Shown in pieces: positions 26,281 to 36,788 of a stretch of DNA of 64,000 nucleotides. The notes under the pieces were generated by a model. The model worked only from the letters and a program-made list of their open reading frames with translations. It had not been told where the DNA came from and made no database searches. Source of the stretch: Fimicolochytrium jonesii (lineage: Eukaryota). Position 1 is the first letter of the stretch, and each line of letters begins with the position of its first letter. The translations under genes were made by a program, and so were the position numbers. The stretch lies in contig NW_026515669.1 of the NCBI RefSeq assembly GCF_025526975.1, positions 806,001-870,000 of the forward strand. The letters run 5' to 3'.

Positions 26281-26491
26281 CGTTCGTATATCTTATGTGG
26301 AGATGACAACTCGTTGGTTGTCGAGTTGTGCTGCAACTTGCTGTTGGTCTGGGTTCTACTCTGCGATCTACCGACCATTCGGAGCTGCGCCACACCCGCG
26401 CCACACCCAGTACGCGTTTGTCGGGTGTTCTCGCAGGCTGTTCTCAGACAGCTTGCCCTTCGTGCATGGCCCTGCTCCACTTGCCCACAAC

Positions 26492-26517
26492 ACTTCAACT
26501 TCAACTTCAACTTCAAC
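26492..26517. repeat. (ACTTCA)4 microsatellite in the divergent MRPL31/TSTD2 intergenic region
   Basis: Read directly from the sequence. Confidence 0.85.
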
Positions 26518-26736
26518 CGAGTGTGCCTGTGAGAGTTAGCCTGTTCTATCGGGAAGGCTAGAAAGCTTTTTTGGTGCCTTTCGATTTACCATATATAGAG
26601 GGTCTTGTTTGACTGAAGCCGGGAGTTTCGGCGCGACGGGCCAATACGTACAGTACCTAAACACGGCTCATATTCGGTCAACTGTTCGATATAGTCTGAT
26701 ACGCGGTTCTCTCTCCGGACCCACCATTTCGCTGTC

Positions 26737-28428
26737 ATGACCTTACCAGAAGGCAAAGTTCGCCGTGCAGCGAAACGCAAAGCCCTCTCCGCATGTGTGG
26801 CAGCTCGGCAAGTCGATAAATTCGAGGAAAGAACTCCCAACAACGACACAGTATCAGACCACCGGTCCTGGGAGTGTTGCGGGGCGGTCTTCCCCAGCGC
26901 AGCGGAGATCAATCGGCACGTACAGGCGCATCATCAGGACGAGTTGGAGAAGTTAGAGCTCGGGTTCCTCCGGGAGGACGAAGGTGCTGTTAGCGGCTGG
27001 AACGGGGAAGATGGGTCCCGAAAGCACGCAAAGACGAAAGATCAACGATTACCATATACCTCGCGACGAGCACCCAAAGGCCAGTCAGACTCCATAACCC
27101 TCCGATGCACCTGTCCGCCCTCAAGCGGCCTTGTTCTGCTCTTTTATCGATATACCCACATCAGGTCCCCGACGCGACTTGCCGAGGAATTCGAGCACCT
27201 TTGCGGGGCCCTGGACATGACCGGGAAGATCCGTGTATCTGCAGAGGGTATCAACATCACTGTTGCTGGGAAGACGAATGATGTGGAACGGTTCATTGGA
27301 ACCGTGAGCGAGTGGGATGTCCTTGCTCGATGCGGGGTGGACAAAGGAGAAGATGGTGAGACGGAGGAGGTGGAGAGCAGAAGACGCATGTTCTTCAAAC
27401 CCTCCGAGGGCTGTGAGCATGTGTTTGATGGACTAAGCGTCAAAGTGGTGGACGAAGTATGTCCATTTGGCGTCAAAGGGTGGTCTCCCAAAGGATTGAT
27501 TGTAGAGGACACCAAGCACGGTGCGCACGAAGACGCGGATGGACCAACACCACCTGCCACATCTTCAGGTGCCGAATCTCTCCGTCCATCCGCCTTCCAC
27601 TCCCTCCTCCAACACGCCCTGGCCAACCCAGAAACTCATCTCATTCTAGACACCCGCAACCACTACGAAACCGCGCTAGGCCACTTTCCCACCGCGCACC
27701 TACCCCCGATCCGAAAGTTCTCCTCGCTACCTGAATATATCACCACCAACTCAGAAACGCTGTTTCCCCGCGGGCGGGAGAAGCAGACTGTGCTTACGTA
27801 TTGCACGGGAGGCGTGAGGTGCGAGAAGGCGGCAAGGTGGATTTGGGAGAATGTGGAGGGGGTGGACAAGGTGGTTATGTTGGAGGGTGGCATTCACAAT
27901 TACCTGGAGTGGATTAAAGAGGCCGAGCGGAGTGGGACACAAACGAATGCTTCGGCAGACTCATCTTTGCCGCTGAACTCGAAGGACGAGAGTAAGACGG
28001 CCTCTACAGTATCGACGGACAGCAAACCCACAAGCCTATTCCTGGGCCATAACTATGTCTTTGACGCCCGCCAATCTCTCGGCTTGGATGCCGCTACGCC
28101 GATCACTCACTGCAAATACTGCGACACGGCCACGGCATCTCTTGGCAAGTGCGTTCGCCCCGGATGCCATTTGCTCGTCACTGTCTGTGAACATTGTCAG
28201 CAGAAGAGACTTCCTGCTGCGAGTGAATTCTCGCAAGACAGCTGCACTGAGGTGACCGCCGCCGACGGTGAAAAGTCCCAACGGCCGGTCATTTTTTGCT
28301 GTGATCTATGTGAAAGCATCGCTTCAGGGAGTCCGAAAGTACAATATGTGGACCCTGGGGCAACAGGCGTAGGTCCCATCCTCTGTCGATGTGAGCAGGT
28401 GCGAAGAAGCAAATGGAGGGCACCATAG
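26737..28428 (+). CDS. TSTD2: UPF0176/TrhO-family rhodanese protein (TSTD2-like; bacterial homologue is a tRNA U34 hydroxylase)
   Basis: N-terminal zinc-finger-like WECCGAVF..INRHVQAHH; LLFYRY; GKIRVSAEGINIT; LDTRNHYE..GHF; active site YCTGGVRCEK; LEGGIHNY; NYVFDAR; Cys-rich C-terminus. Confidence 0.9.
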   Translation: MTLPEGKVRRAAKRKALSACVAARQVDKFEERTPNNDTVSDHRSWECCGAVFPSAAEINRHVQAHHQDELEKLELGFLREDEGAVSGWNGEDGSRKHAKTKDQRLPYTSRRAPKGQSDSITLRCTCPPSSGLVLLFYRYTHIRSPTRLAEEFEHLCGALDMTGKIRVSAEGINITVAGKTNDVERFIGTVSEWDVLARCGVDKGEDGETEEVESRRRMFFKPSEGCEHVFDGLSVKVVDEVCPFGVKGWSPKGLIVEDTKHGAHEDADGPTPPATSSGAESLRPSAFHSLLQHALANPETHLILDTRNHYETALGHFPTAHLPPIRKFSSLPEYITTNSETLFPRGREKQTVLTYCTGGVRCEKAARWIWENVEGVDKVVMLEGGIHNYLEWIKEAERSGTQTNASADSSLPLNSKDESKTASTVSTDSKPTSLFLGHNYVFDARQSLGLDAATPITHCKYCDTATASLGKCVRPGCHLLVTVCEHCQQKRLPAASEFSQDSCTEVTAADGEKSQRPVIFCCDLCESIASGSPKVQYVDPGATGVGPILCRCEQVRRSKWRAP

Positions 28429-28665
28429 CAGTACCCAGGGACGCACCTGACAAGGTTCAAGGTTACGGCACCAACTGGCTAGGAAGCTTGCGGTTTACAG
28501 TTTATTTTGGATCGGAATGCTATGCCTTCTAGAGTAAATAGTATGTAGAGGAGAGGATGCAACTTTCCAATGGGAATTGTCCCCATCGTTGCGGCGTTTT
28601 TTGGATATACAAGGGGGTGGTCGTGATTTGTAGCGCAGATGGAGATACAGACTCATAGCTACTCT

Positions 28666-29613
28666 CTACAACCTTCTCTTCTTCCTCGGCCTGCATCCAC
28701 CATGCGCGAAAGGCGTCACATCCGTGATCATATTGATCTTCCACCCAGCGGCCACAATCGCTCTGAAAGCCTGATCCCTCCCTGGCCCAAAGCCAGAAAA
28801 CTTCATGTGAATCCCTTCCTCCGTCGCCCGTTTCAAATCCACTCCGTGGTATTTCTTGTTCTTGTCCGAGTTCGATTTGGCATGCATTGGGAGCGCCAGA
28901 ACTTTCTCAGCCAGGTGGGCTACAGTTTGGTACCCGGCATCGCTCGTGCCTCGGGCAGCCTTTCGCAATCCCAGATTGCCCGCGGTGGCAGTTGCCAGGA
29001 TCAATCCCTTCGGATTCGTAAATGTTGCGTGGGTGTTGTTGCGATTCGCTAGGATATGCAATATGTAAGGCCCCGACTTCTCCTCCTCCTCCTTCCCCCC
29101 GGTTCGATCCGAACCATGAGGAATATCGCCCTTGGCTTTATCTTCCTCTTCAGCGTAAATGCCCAACAGCGCACTCGCTGCCTGCGCCCTCGGCCTAGCT
29201 GCAGCCGGCCCTCCTTTTTCCAAGATGTTTGACAGCGACTGGCCCGGGGCTTTAGCGCCGCTGGGGTTTGCGTCTCGCGCCCCCGCACCAGGTAGAGAGG
29301 CGCCTGCGGGCCACAGCCGGCTGCTTCTGTTTCCGCCGAGTACGCTGTTCAAGACTGAGTTTCGTTTGGGTGGCGGTGCGGCGCCAGTCGACGAGGGTGG
29401 CTTCGGACCGTTCGAAAGTGCGGAAGGTGGTTTTTGCGCGTTGGATGGATCCTTTGGCGTTGATCCGCCCAAAGGGAAGGAGGAGGAATCGCTTGCGAAT
29501 CGACGGGGGATGGCGGGTGGGGAGAGGGACAGCTGTGGTTGGCACTTGAGGGAGGCGCATGGTCTACGAGAGTGTCCTGCGATTTGTCGCAGAAGTCGTG
29601 GTTGCGTTGACAT
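28666..29613 (-). CDS. Mitochondrial ribosomal protein uS11m
   Basis: Arg-rich presequence; HILANRNNTHATFT, GLRKAARGT, GFGPGR, ITDVTPFAHGGCRPRKKRRL. Confidence 0.93.
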   Translation of the reverse strand: MSTQPRLLRQIAGHSRRPCASLKCQPQLSLSPPAIPRRFASDSSSFPLGGSTPKDPSNAQKPPSALSNGPKPPSSTGAAPPPKRNSVLNSVLGGNRSSRLWPAGASLPGAGARDANPSGAKAPGQSLSNILEKGGPAAARPRAQAASALLGIYAEEEDKAKGDIPHGSDRTGGKEEEEKSGPYILHILANRNNTHATFTNPKGLILATATAGNLGLRKAARGTSDAGYQTVAHLAEKVLALPMHAKSNSDKNKKYHGVDLKRATEEGIHMKFSGFGPGRDQAFRAIVAAGWKINMITDVTPFAHGGCRPRKKRRL

Positions 29614-29935
29614 TATGCCGACTTCTCCGAAACGACGTCCTGATATAGCGGCACTTTCAACGGCAAAGCAACAACCGTCTATTCACCACGTTCTCCAGAG
29701 CAGCCAAAGGGCGGATATCGTTTGTTCGTGCGGTCGTTGTCTGCGGCAGTCGACGACAGGCTTGGGCGATTGGGCACTTCGTCGGCAAGGGTTGCTGCTG
29801 GGTTGCTGGGAAGCTGCTTTCGCGCAAACCACGTGACTGCCAGACGTGCGCTCAGCAACGACTTCGACCCCAAAGGACGATCAACCGAACCTCCACCGAG
29901 CAAGGCCACCGAGTCCCTATATAAGCCTTACAGCC

Positions 29936-30525
29936 ATGCCCATCGCAAGCATTGTCCGAGACAAGCTCACCAGGCTCCTGGTGTCAGAAACTGAAGTGTC
30001 GCGTCAAGCCCTCCGCCTTATCGCCAACGACCGTACCGGCAAGTACCCGAAAAACACTCAGCTGAGAGCCAGGATAGAGCTGCATAAGATGCCGAGATAC
30101 TCACGACCGACGGCTGTGCATAACCGGTGTATAGAATCTGGAAGGACGAGGGTATGTGTCGGAGGAAATCTGTTGATGGCGGGACGTCGCAATTGCACGG
30201 GGTTAATTTCAGGGCCAGCAAAGACTTGAGACGTGCAGCTGTACTGGCTCCAGGAGGGACAAAAAAGGAAAGATGGGGAGGAGGAGGGGCGGAACAAGGC
30301 GATTGGGAACCGGGAGAGGAAAGGGGGATAAAGAGGACGGTTCTTGGTTGTGAGGCGGAGTTCCGCAATGAGACACTTGTATCGAAAGCCTAACGTTCTC
30401 CGTTTCGCTCTTTTGTCGTTCATGAATAACAGGGGCACGTAACGGATTTCAAAGTGAGTCGGATAGTATTTAGGGAAAAGGCTCTAGCGGGAGAGATACC
30501 GGGCGTGCGGAAATCGACGTGGTAG
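29936..30525 (+). CDS. MRP2: Mitochondrial ribosomal protein uS14m; exons 29936-30151 and 30433-30525
   Basis: Spliced product MPIASIVRDKLTR...MPRYSRPTAVHNRCIESGRTR|GHVTDFKVSRIVFREKALAGEIPGVRKSTW; intron GTATGT..CCTAAC..AACAG. Confidence 0.93.
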
Positions 30526-31910
30526 ATATATACACCCGCTGTTTTGCCTGAAGGCGGAACCAGCACAAGCAAGGCAATAGGATACGATAGCGCCGGCGAA
30601 CAGCTCCACCCGTAAGCGGTCTTTCAAAAATGAGAGAACGTCTAGTGTCAAACGAGGCACAAGCGAACGACGAAACTGCATACGATATGACAGCGCCAGC
30701 GAACAACCCCGCCCCGTAACCAGTCAACCCGTTTTCTTCGAGGAGGAAAGGATGAATGACATCCCCTGCGTTTAGCAGATTCTGTAGATAGACTTGTCAC
30801 CAATATCATGACTGAACAAGGCGCTTCAAAAGCGCAACTGCTCAACGGCTATCCGAAATGCACGAGAGTGGCTTCTCGGTTGAAGGTCATCGATTGAACA
30901 CTATCCGGTCCGAATTGCGAAAGTGACTTGCGAAAGTGAATGGCATTGTTCCACTGTTTTGATTCCCTGTGGACATCGGCGGGTCTTGAGCGAGCCCTGC
31001 ACACAACTTAGTACCTTATCATTATCATGGAGGTAGTGCGGTCTTTCATGTGGGCCTCGCGGCAACCGCGGTACGTCTGACTAAAGGAGCCTGGGCGTAC
31101 GGAAGACCGTAATAAAAAGCGTCGGCGCCATGACACCCTCCAGACAGAACACTCACTCACAATGGACCCTCCGACATGTCGCCAAATTGGTCGTCTTAGC
31201 CCCAATACGTTACATGCTAGGCTTTCTTGATGAAGCCCGCTTCACCGAGTACGTTCACGGCATCTGTACCTTCGCAATTCAGCGTCTGTATGGAAACCCA
31301 CCCTACGGAGATTAAGAATCATACACAAGCCCTATATCTTGCTGCTCGGCCCCGTCCTTCATCACCATGACGAATCACAAATTTGCAAGGCCAATGACAT
31401 CAACACACCGTCGCCAACATCGCCAGCACAGCTATGCGGTCAAGAACTCATTCCTGTAACCCGGAATGATGGACGCTGTCCTCAATCGGCACATGAATCC
31501 GCAACGCATCTTCCATCCCCAGTGGTATATCTAAACAGCTGCCTCTCACGTTGTGCTCATGGCGGCAGTTTGCTGGTGCGTCAAAAACTGTCGGTCGAGC
31601 GAGGCGCTGTCGCTTTTAAACGCGTGAGTCATGCATGATAACGCGTCAAACAGCACAGCACTTGGGCCCCCGCAATTTGTGAGATGCCCACTCTCTTTTT
31701 CCCCGTGAGATCTGCGCATTTTCCCATGCGCTTTGTGCTCAAAACGTCACGAAAGAGCTGAGGAAACGTTGTTTCGTGGGGTCCCGAAGCGTCAAAGTCA
31801 TTCGCTGCTTTCTTGTCTGGTCCATGCGATTGGAGGAACTCGGTACGGCACCTTTTGGCAAACACTCTCCTCAAACCCACGCTTGGAAACGTCACCGGCG
31901 GTATAAAACC

Positions 31911-34179
31911 ATGAACACTGCGCTGGAAGCATCCTCGCCGGAGCTTGAGCATTCTTTTGAAAGGTAGCTCCGACGTTTCTGCTGCGACCTCTCAATATCG
32001 AACTCACACTCGCTTCTAGCTACAGGGATACACCTCAGACTTCACCCAAGTCCGTTTATCCTGGTCTCGCCAACCTCTTTGATAGCGACGACTTTGCGCT
32101 TGAGCTTGCAAACTTTCAAATCGAATCTTATTCCTTAGAGCCCGCTTCGAAGCGCCGGTTGAAGGTCTTCAGCAACCTGGATCCCATCGAAGAGGACGAA
32201 CAGGAGGCTGAACTAAGCCCATATCTGGACCCGACCAGTATCGATCTAAGCGCAGACAGCCTTGCCGAGACCGCCGAGGTTCCGTACTTGGATATCATGG
32301 ACAGCATGAATGGTGTGGGACACGTAAAGGACATGGCTGCACCGACTGACTTATGCTCCAATCTTGAACGCGAGAAGATGATACATGAGTTCGCGACAAC
32401 TGCAAGCATGGCCGTCATTACCCCTACCAAAACGGCCAAGGGCATCAATGGATTCAAAGGAAGCAATGGAGTTCGAGACGGCGGCCTTCAAACGAGGTTG
32501 CCAAACGCCACTCCTACGACGACGGCCAACGTTCTGGACATCGCACCTCCAGCCGACGGGGAACACTCAAGCGCGGATAACGGAATTTGCCCGCTTCCAA
32601 TCCGCGCACCTCGCCTGCCTTCCAAGCCAGCCTCAAAACATACATTCCGCCCGCGCGTCTACTCCTCGCACTTCCCTCATCCCAAAGCTCCCACAACAGA
32701 GCAGGCCATCAAATCCATCCCCAATCTCCATTCCGCGCAGGATCTCATCGAATTTTGGAAGTATCCCGGTGAAGCCCACTCCGTCGAAACCAAAGACGGC
32801 TATATTCTCGGCCTATACCGAATCCCTAACCCACAACATGGATTCACGGCGTACACCGCACCCACGCCTTACAAACGACCACCAGTCATCATCTGGCACG
32901 GTTTGTGCATCAGCAGCAACGCGTTCTTATGTTCGCCCGGAGGCACTGATACCAATCTCGCGCTCTATCTTGCCAGCGAAGGCTTTGACGTGTGGCTCGC
33001 CAACAGCCGTGGGTCTCGCGCATCCCGCCGTCATGCAAAGATGCCCAGTCCAGACGAGATCATGTTTCATTCCAAATACTGGAAGTACGTAGGGATGGAC
33101 GAAATGGCCAAATTCGATGTGCCCGCGGTGGTGGACTATGTAATTGCGGCTACCGGCTGGAAGAAAGTAGGCTACGTGGGATTCTCGCAAGGAACGGCGC
33201 AGATGTTCATGAGCTTGAGCATGAGTGAAGAAATGAACTCGAAGATAGCATTTTTCGCAGCGCTGGCACCTGCTATGAAGCCGAAAGGTATGCGTCGTCC
33301 CAGTTCCCCTTGCTTTTCCCTTATCAGATCTTTGCCAATCGCTAATGCCCATCGGTCAACGCAGAGATTGCTAACAGGGTCCTGACCCGTCTGACGAGCT
33401 ACTCCCCATCCCTTCTTTTCGTTATGGGCTGCTGGTCAGCGCTCCCCACTGCAGAATGGCTTCGCGGTCGCCTCTTCAACAAGGGATATGCGCAAGTGAT
33501 CCACAGCTCCCTGGAGGTGTTGATGGGGTGGAAGAACAATAAGTTCCCAAAGGAGTGGTGGCCTGCTCTGTATATGCACCTCTTTGCGGGAGGCAGTGTC
33601 CGTAACATCGTGGTATGTACAGCATTTCACAGGCGTCAAAATCACAGGCGCACGCAATTTCTCGTTAGGCCATCACTTATTCGGCATCTTCACCCAGCAC
33701 TGGTTCCAGATCATAACCGAACAGAATTTCGCTCCATACGACCACGAGATCGCTCCGCACCACCTCCTTCCCTCCCACTCTTCCAGCCGCAGCAAACCCC
33801 CATCCCTGGCGGGCGCAACCCTGACCCACTCTATCCCAACTTTCGCCCCCACGCGCACCGGACCTTGCCCATACCCGACCCAGCATATCACGGTGCCTAT
33901 GCGTCTGTTCTGTGGGACCGAGGATAACATTTCTGCTGAACCTGCAGTATTCAAACAATCACTTCCCGAGGCGCGGATTGAGACTGTGGAAGGATATGAA
34001 CATATGGTAAGCAAACCTTTTCTCCGTACGGACACACACATTCGTTGATGGCATGCTGACTTCCCACTCGTGCATAGGACTTCATATGGGACGTCAACGC
34101 ACGTACTCGAGTGTGGGAAACTGTTTTGGATGATTTGATCGGTTCGATGAAGGCGGTGGCGGACGATATGGGTTTATGA
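31911..34179 (+). CDS. Acid lipase / sterol esterase (abhydro_lipase family, Tgl1/Yeh-like)
   Basis: Motifs HSVETKDGYILGLYRI, IWHGL, GFDVWLANSRG, nucleophile GFSQG, ALAPA and catalytic YEHM|DFIW. A first exon MNTALE... (31911-31963) splices in frame after 32019. Confidence 0.9.
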
Positions 34180-34441
34180 TACGTTGCACATATGCCCGAG
34201 CAGGGACATCAGGAATGGGCATGACGTGACGTGACTATGGTAGCTCAGCGTAGCCGCGGACCAGCGGACTGTACGTAATAGCCTGAGCTTGATGCCTGGA
34301 TCAAACTGTACGCATATGTACCAAGACAAAAGCTATGGCAAAGGATGTTGATATCGCTGGAATGTGAATGTTCACCGCAATGGTGCTGGAGGACAGGTCC
34401 ATGTGCTAGCTTGCTATGTGGCACTATACGCGAAGCCTTTC

Positions 34442-36430
34442 TCAATCTATGTTTACTAGCATTCTATCATTTGGGCCCGTCTGATCACCAGATGGGCGTG
34501 ATGGCGGCGCTGCATTGAGAAGCATTGGCGGTGACGTCGGTGTCGCTGTGGATATCCTAGATGTTGGAACTATGGCTGCAGCGGCTGCAGCGGCAGCGGC
34601 TTGTAGAGCTGCCTCCTTGGCTCTGTGAGCGCTTATTTCCTGAAGTTTGGTCTGCACGAGACTACCAGTACGGCGGGAAGGGGACGCGTGTCGCGCCGAT
34701 GGATTCTGTTTTCACACGGATATGTCGATTAGCGACATCAGTATGCCAGCGCGAACGAATTGCCATGGGATCTTACATATTTGTCGGCGTCAGCCTTCTG
34801 TTTCTCCCGCAACGCGTTCCACATTTCTGGCCGAACAAACCACGACCCATACACGAGCTTCCCGCTCTCTGCGTCGGGTTGCCCTCCATCATTCTCCTTT
34901 ATTTGCTTTCCCCATGATGCGCCGCCAAAACCTCGAAGACGTTCACGGCGGAAACGCCGCCCTCCTGGCCCGTTGGCAGGATCTGAGCTTGTGAACCCGG
35001 CGTTGGCTAAGGATTTGCACAGATTCTCCGGCGGATACGCGTCTCGTAGGATTCGGATTTTCTGGAGCCGCCCATCCGACCCAGATGCACCATTTCCATT
35101 CGCGTTTGCGGTAGCCTCAAGAAAATTAAGTGATTTGGGCTTACACGCTTCCAAAAGTGCGTCAAATTCACTGTACGCTCCATCACTCCCTGCTTCTCGG
35201 ACTGCTTTCGACGGGTTGGTGATAATCGATCCTGTCTCAACATCGAAAATCGTCGGTGTGTCCAATGCCGCCTGCGCCCAATGCTTCAGATCATAAATCA
35301 CCATCTGCATTTCCTCGAGGGTTTCCCGTGCATGAGGATGTGCATGCTGTGATGACTGTGGCTGTTGAGGAAGGGGATCCTCGTGGTCCATTTCGGTGTG
35401 CTGTTGACCACTAGGCGGGTCATTCGGAATCGTCAGCGCTGTCGACTGTCTCCGCGCGAGGTTATTCCTCCCACGAAAATCCAAAAAATGGGCATATTTT
35501 GCAGCTGGTGAGAGTTCGGGCACCTCCTTGCTCTTGGCTGCGGCGCGAGCAGCCTCCTCTGTGAATTGGGGGTGCTGCTTCAGTATTTTGCGCCCGTTGT
35601 GGCTGCCCATGCACTGCATACCTCGGTCCGCAATCTGATTCAGCCTCTCCCCATCCCCTACTATCTCGTGTTCAGAAATTGGGAAGTCTTCATATCGTGG
35701 TTTTGGCTCCTCGACGTTCGAGCTATGTGTGAAGATGGATAGCAGCCCTTCGCTCCCGAGCTCCTCCTTTGCTAGAAGTAGTGGTGAAACCTTCTCCTGC
35801 TCCACCACCCTCAGCAATGCAGCTCTCTGTTGTGGCGTAAGTCCGGGAAACTCGAGGCCGACTTTCTGTTCGAGTTGACCTGATATCGTGGCTACACGCT
35901 GACGTTTCTTCACCACGCGCGGGAATGCGAGATTGGGCCGCGCTGACAACGTCGGCGAGCTGCAATTCGACGAAGACGCTGACGAGGATGCCCGCGGCCT
36001 AGCTCCGTGCCGGTGGGAATGCCCGGCATGGTGGGGGTCGTGCGTTGCATAGGGAGGTTGGAACAGTGGTGGTTCGAAGGGATTTCGGGGATCTCGCACT
36101 GTGTACAGCTCTGAGAGTGGGAGGCTGGCACATCGGAAAGTGAGAAAGCGAAACCATCCATTAATAGATGGAAAATTGTGACATACGTTGGGGTATGGAC
36201 GTTTCTCAAGGGCCATTCTCGAACGACGAACATGCTGCTGACTGCTCTTTGCGAGGTCTCTCTCCGTCTAGTTGTTTTACTCGTTTACTGACCTGGGCTT
36301 TACTTGCATTCCGACAATGTTGTAGCTTACGAAATGCTGAGTCACAGACATATCGCGCTGTCGAGATGACAATGGGAAGTGTCACTCCGGTTGACCTGCC
36401 TCGTTCTTCCTGATATGTAGTAAAAGACAT
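34442..36430 (-). CDS. Hypothetical multi-exon protein with a FAM47-like YGSWFVRPEMW motif; ends approximate
   Basis: 492-aa core ORF 34738-36216 plus flanking same-strand ORFs and splice signals. Confidence 0.55.
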
Positions 36431-36788
36431 TACGACATCGACCCTTGTCTCGAACGGAGCGTTAGTTAGCCGCGCAAACCGAGGAATATGAGAAGCTTAA
36501 CCTTATTCCACAATCCCCTGCATTATGTCCTTTTCATTGCTTGTAATTTACGAAAAGGTGTATCATGGAACGAATAAAGCACAATACCCGTGCATGCCCC
36601 GTCGTCCAACACCTTCTCAGCAAAAGCGTTCATCCTTCCGAAGTGCATCGTCTCTTTCCGCATATTTCTTCTCTTCTGGAGTCATCCGGCGTTGGAATCA
36701 AACAATTTTCACCCTCTGGCTTGCACGCTCGTAGCGGGATTGGCGACGGTCGCCTTCCTAGAGCTTGCGTCGTTACGGACGGATCAAA

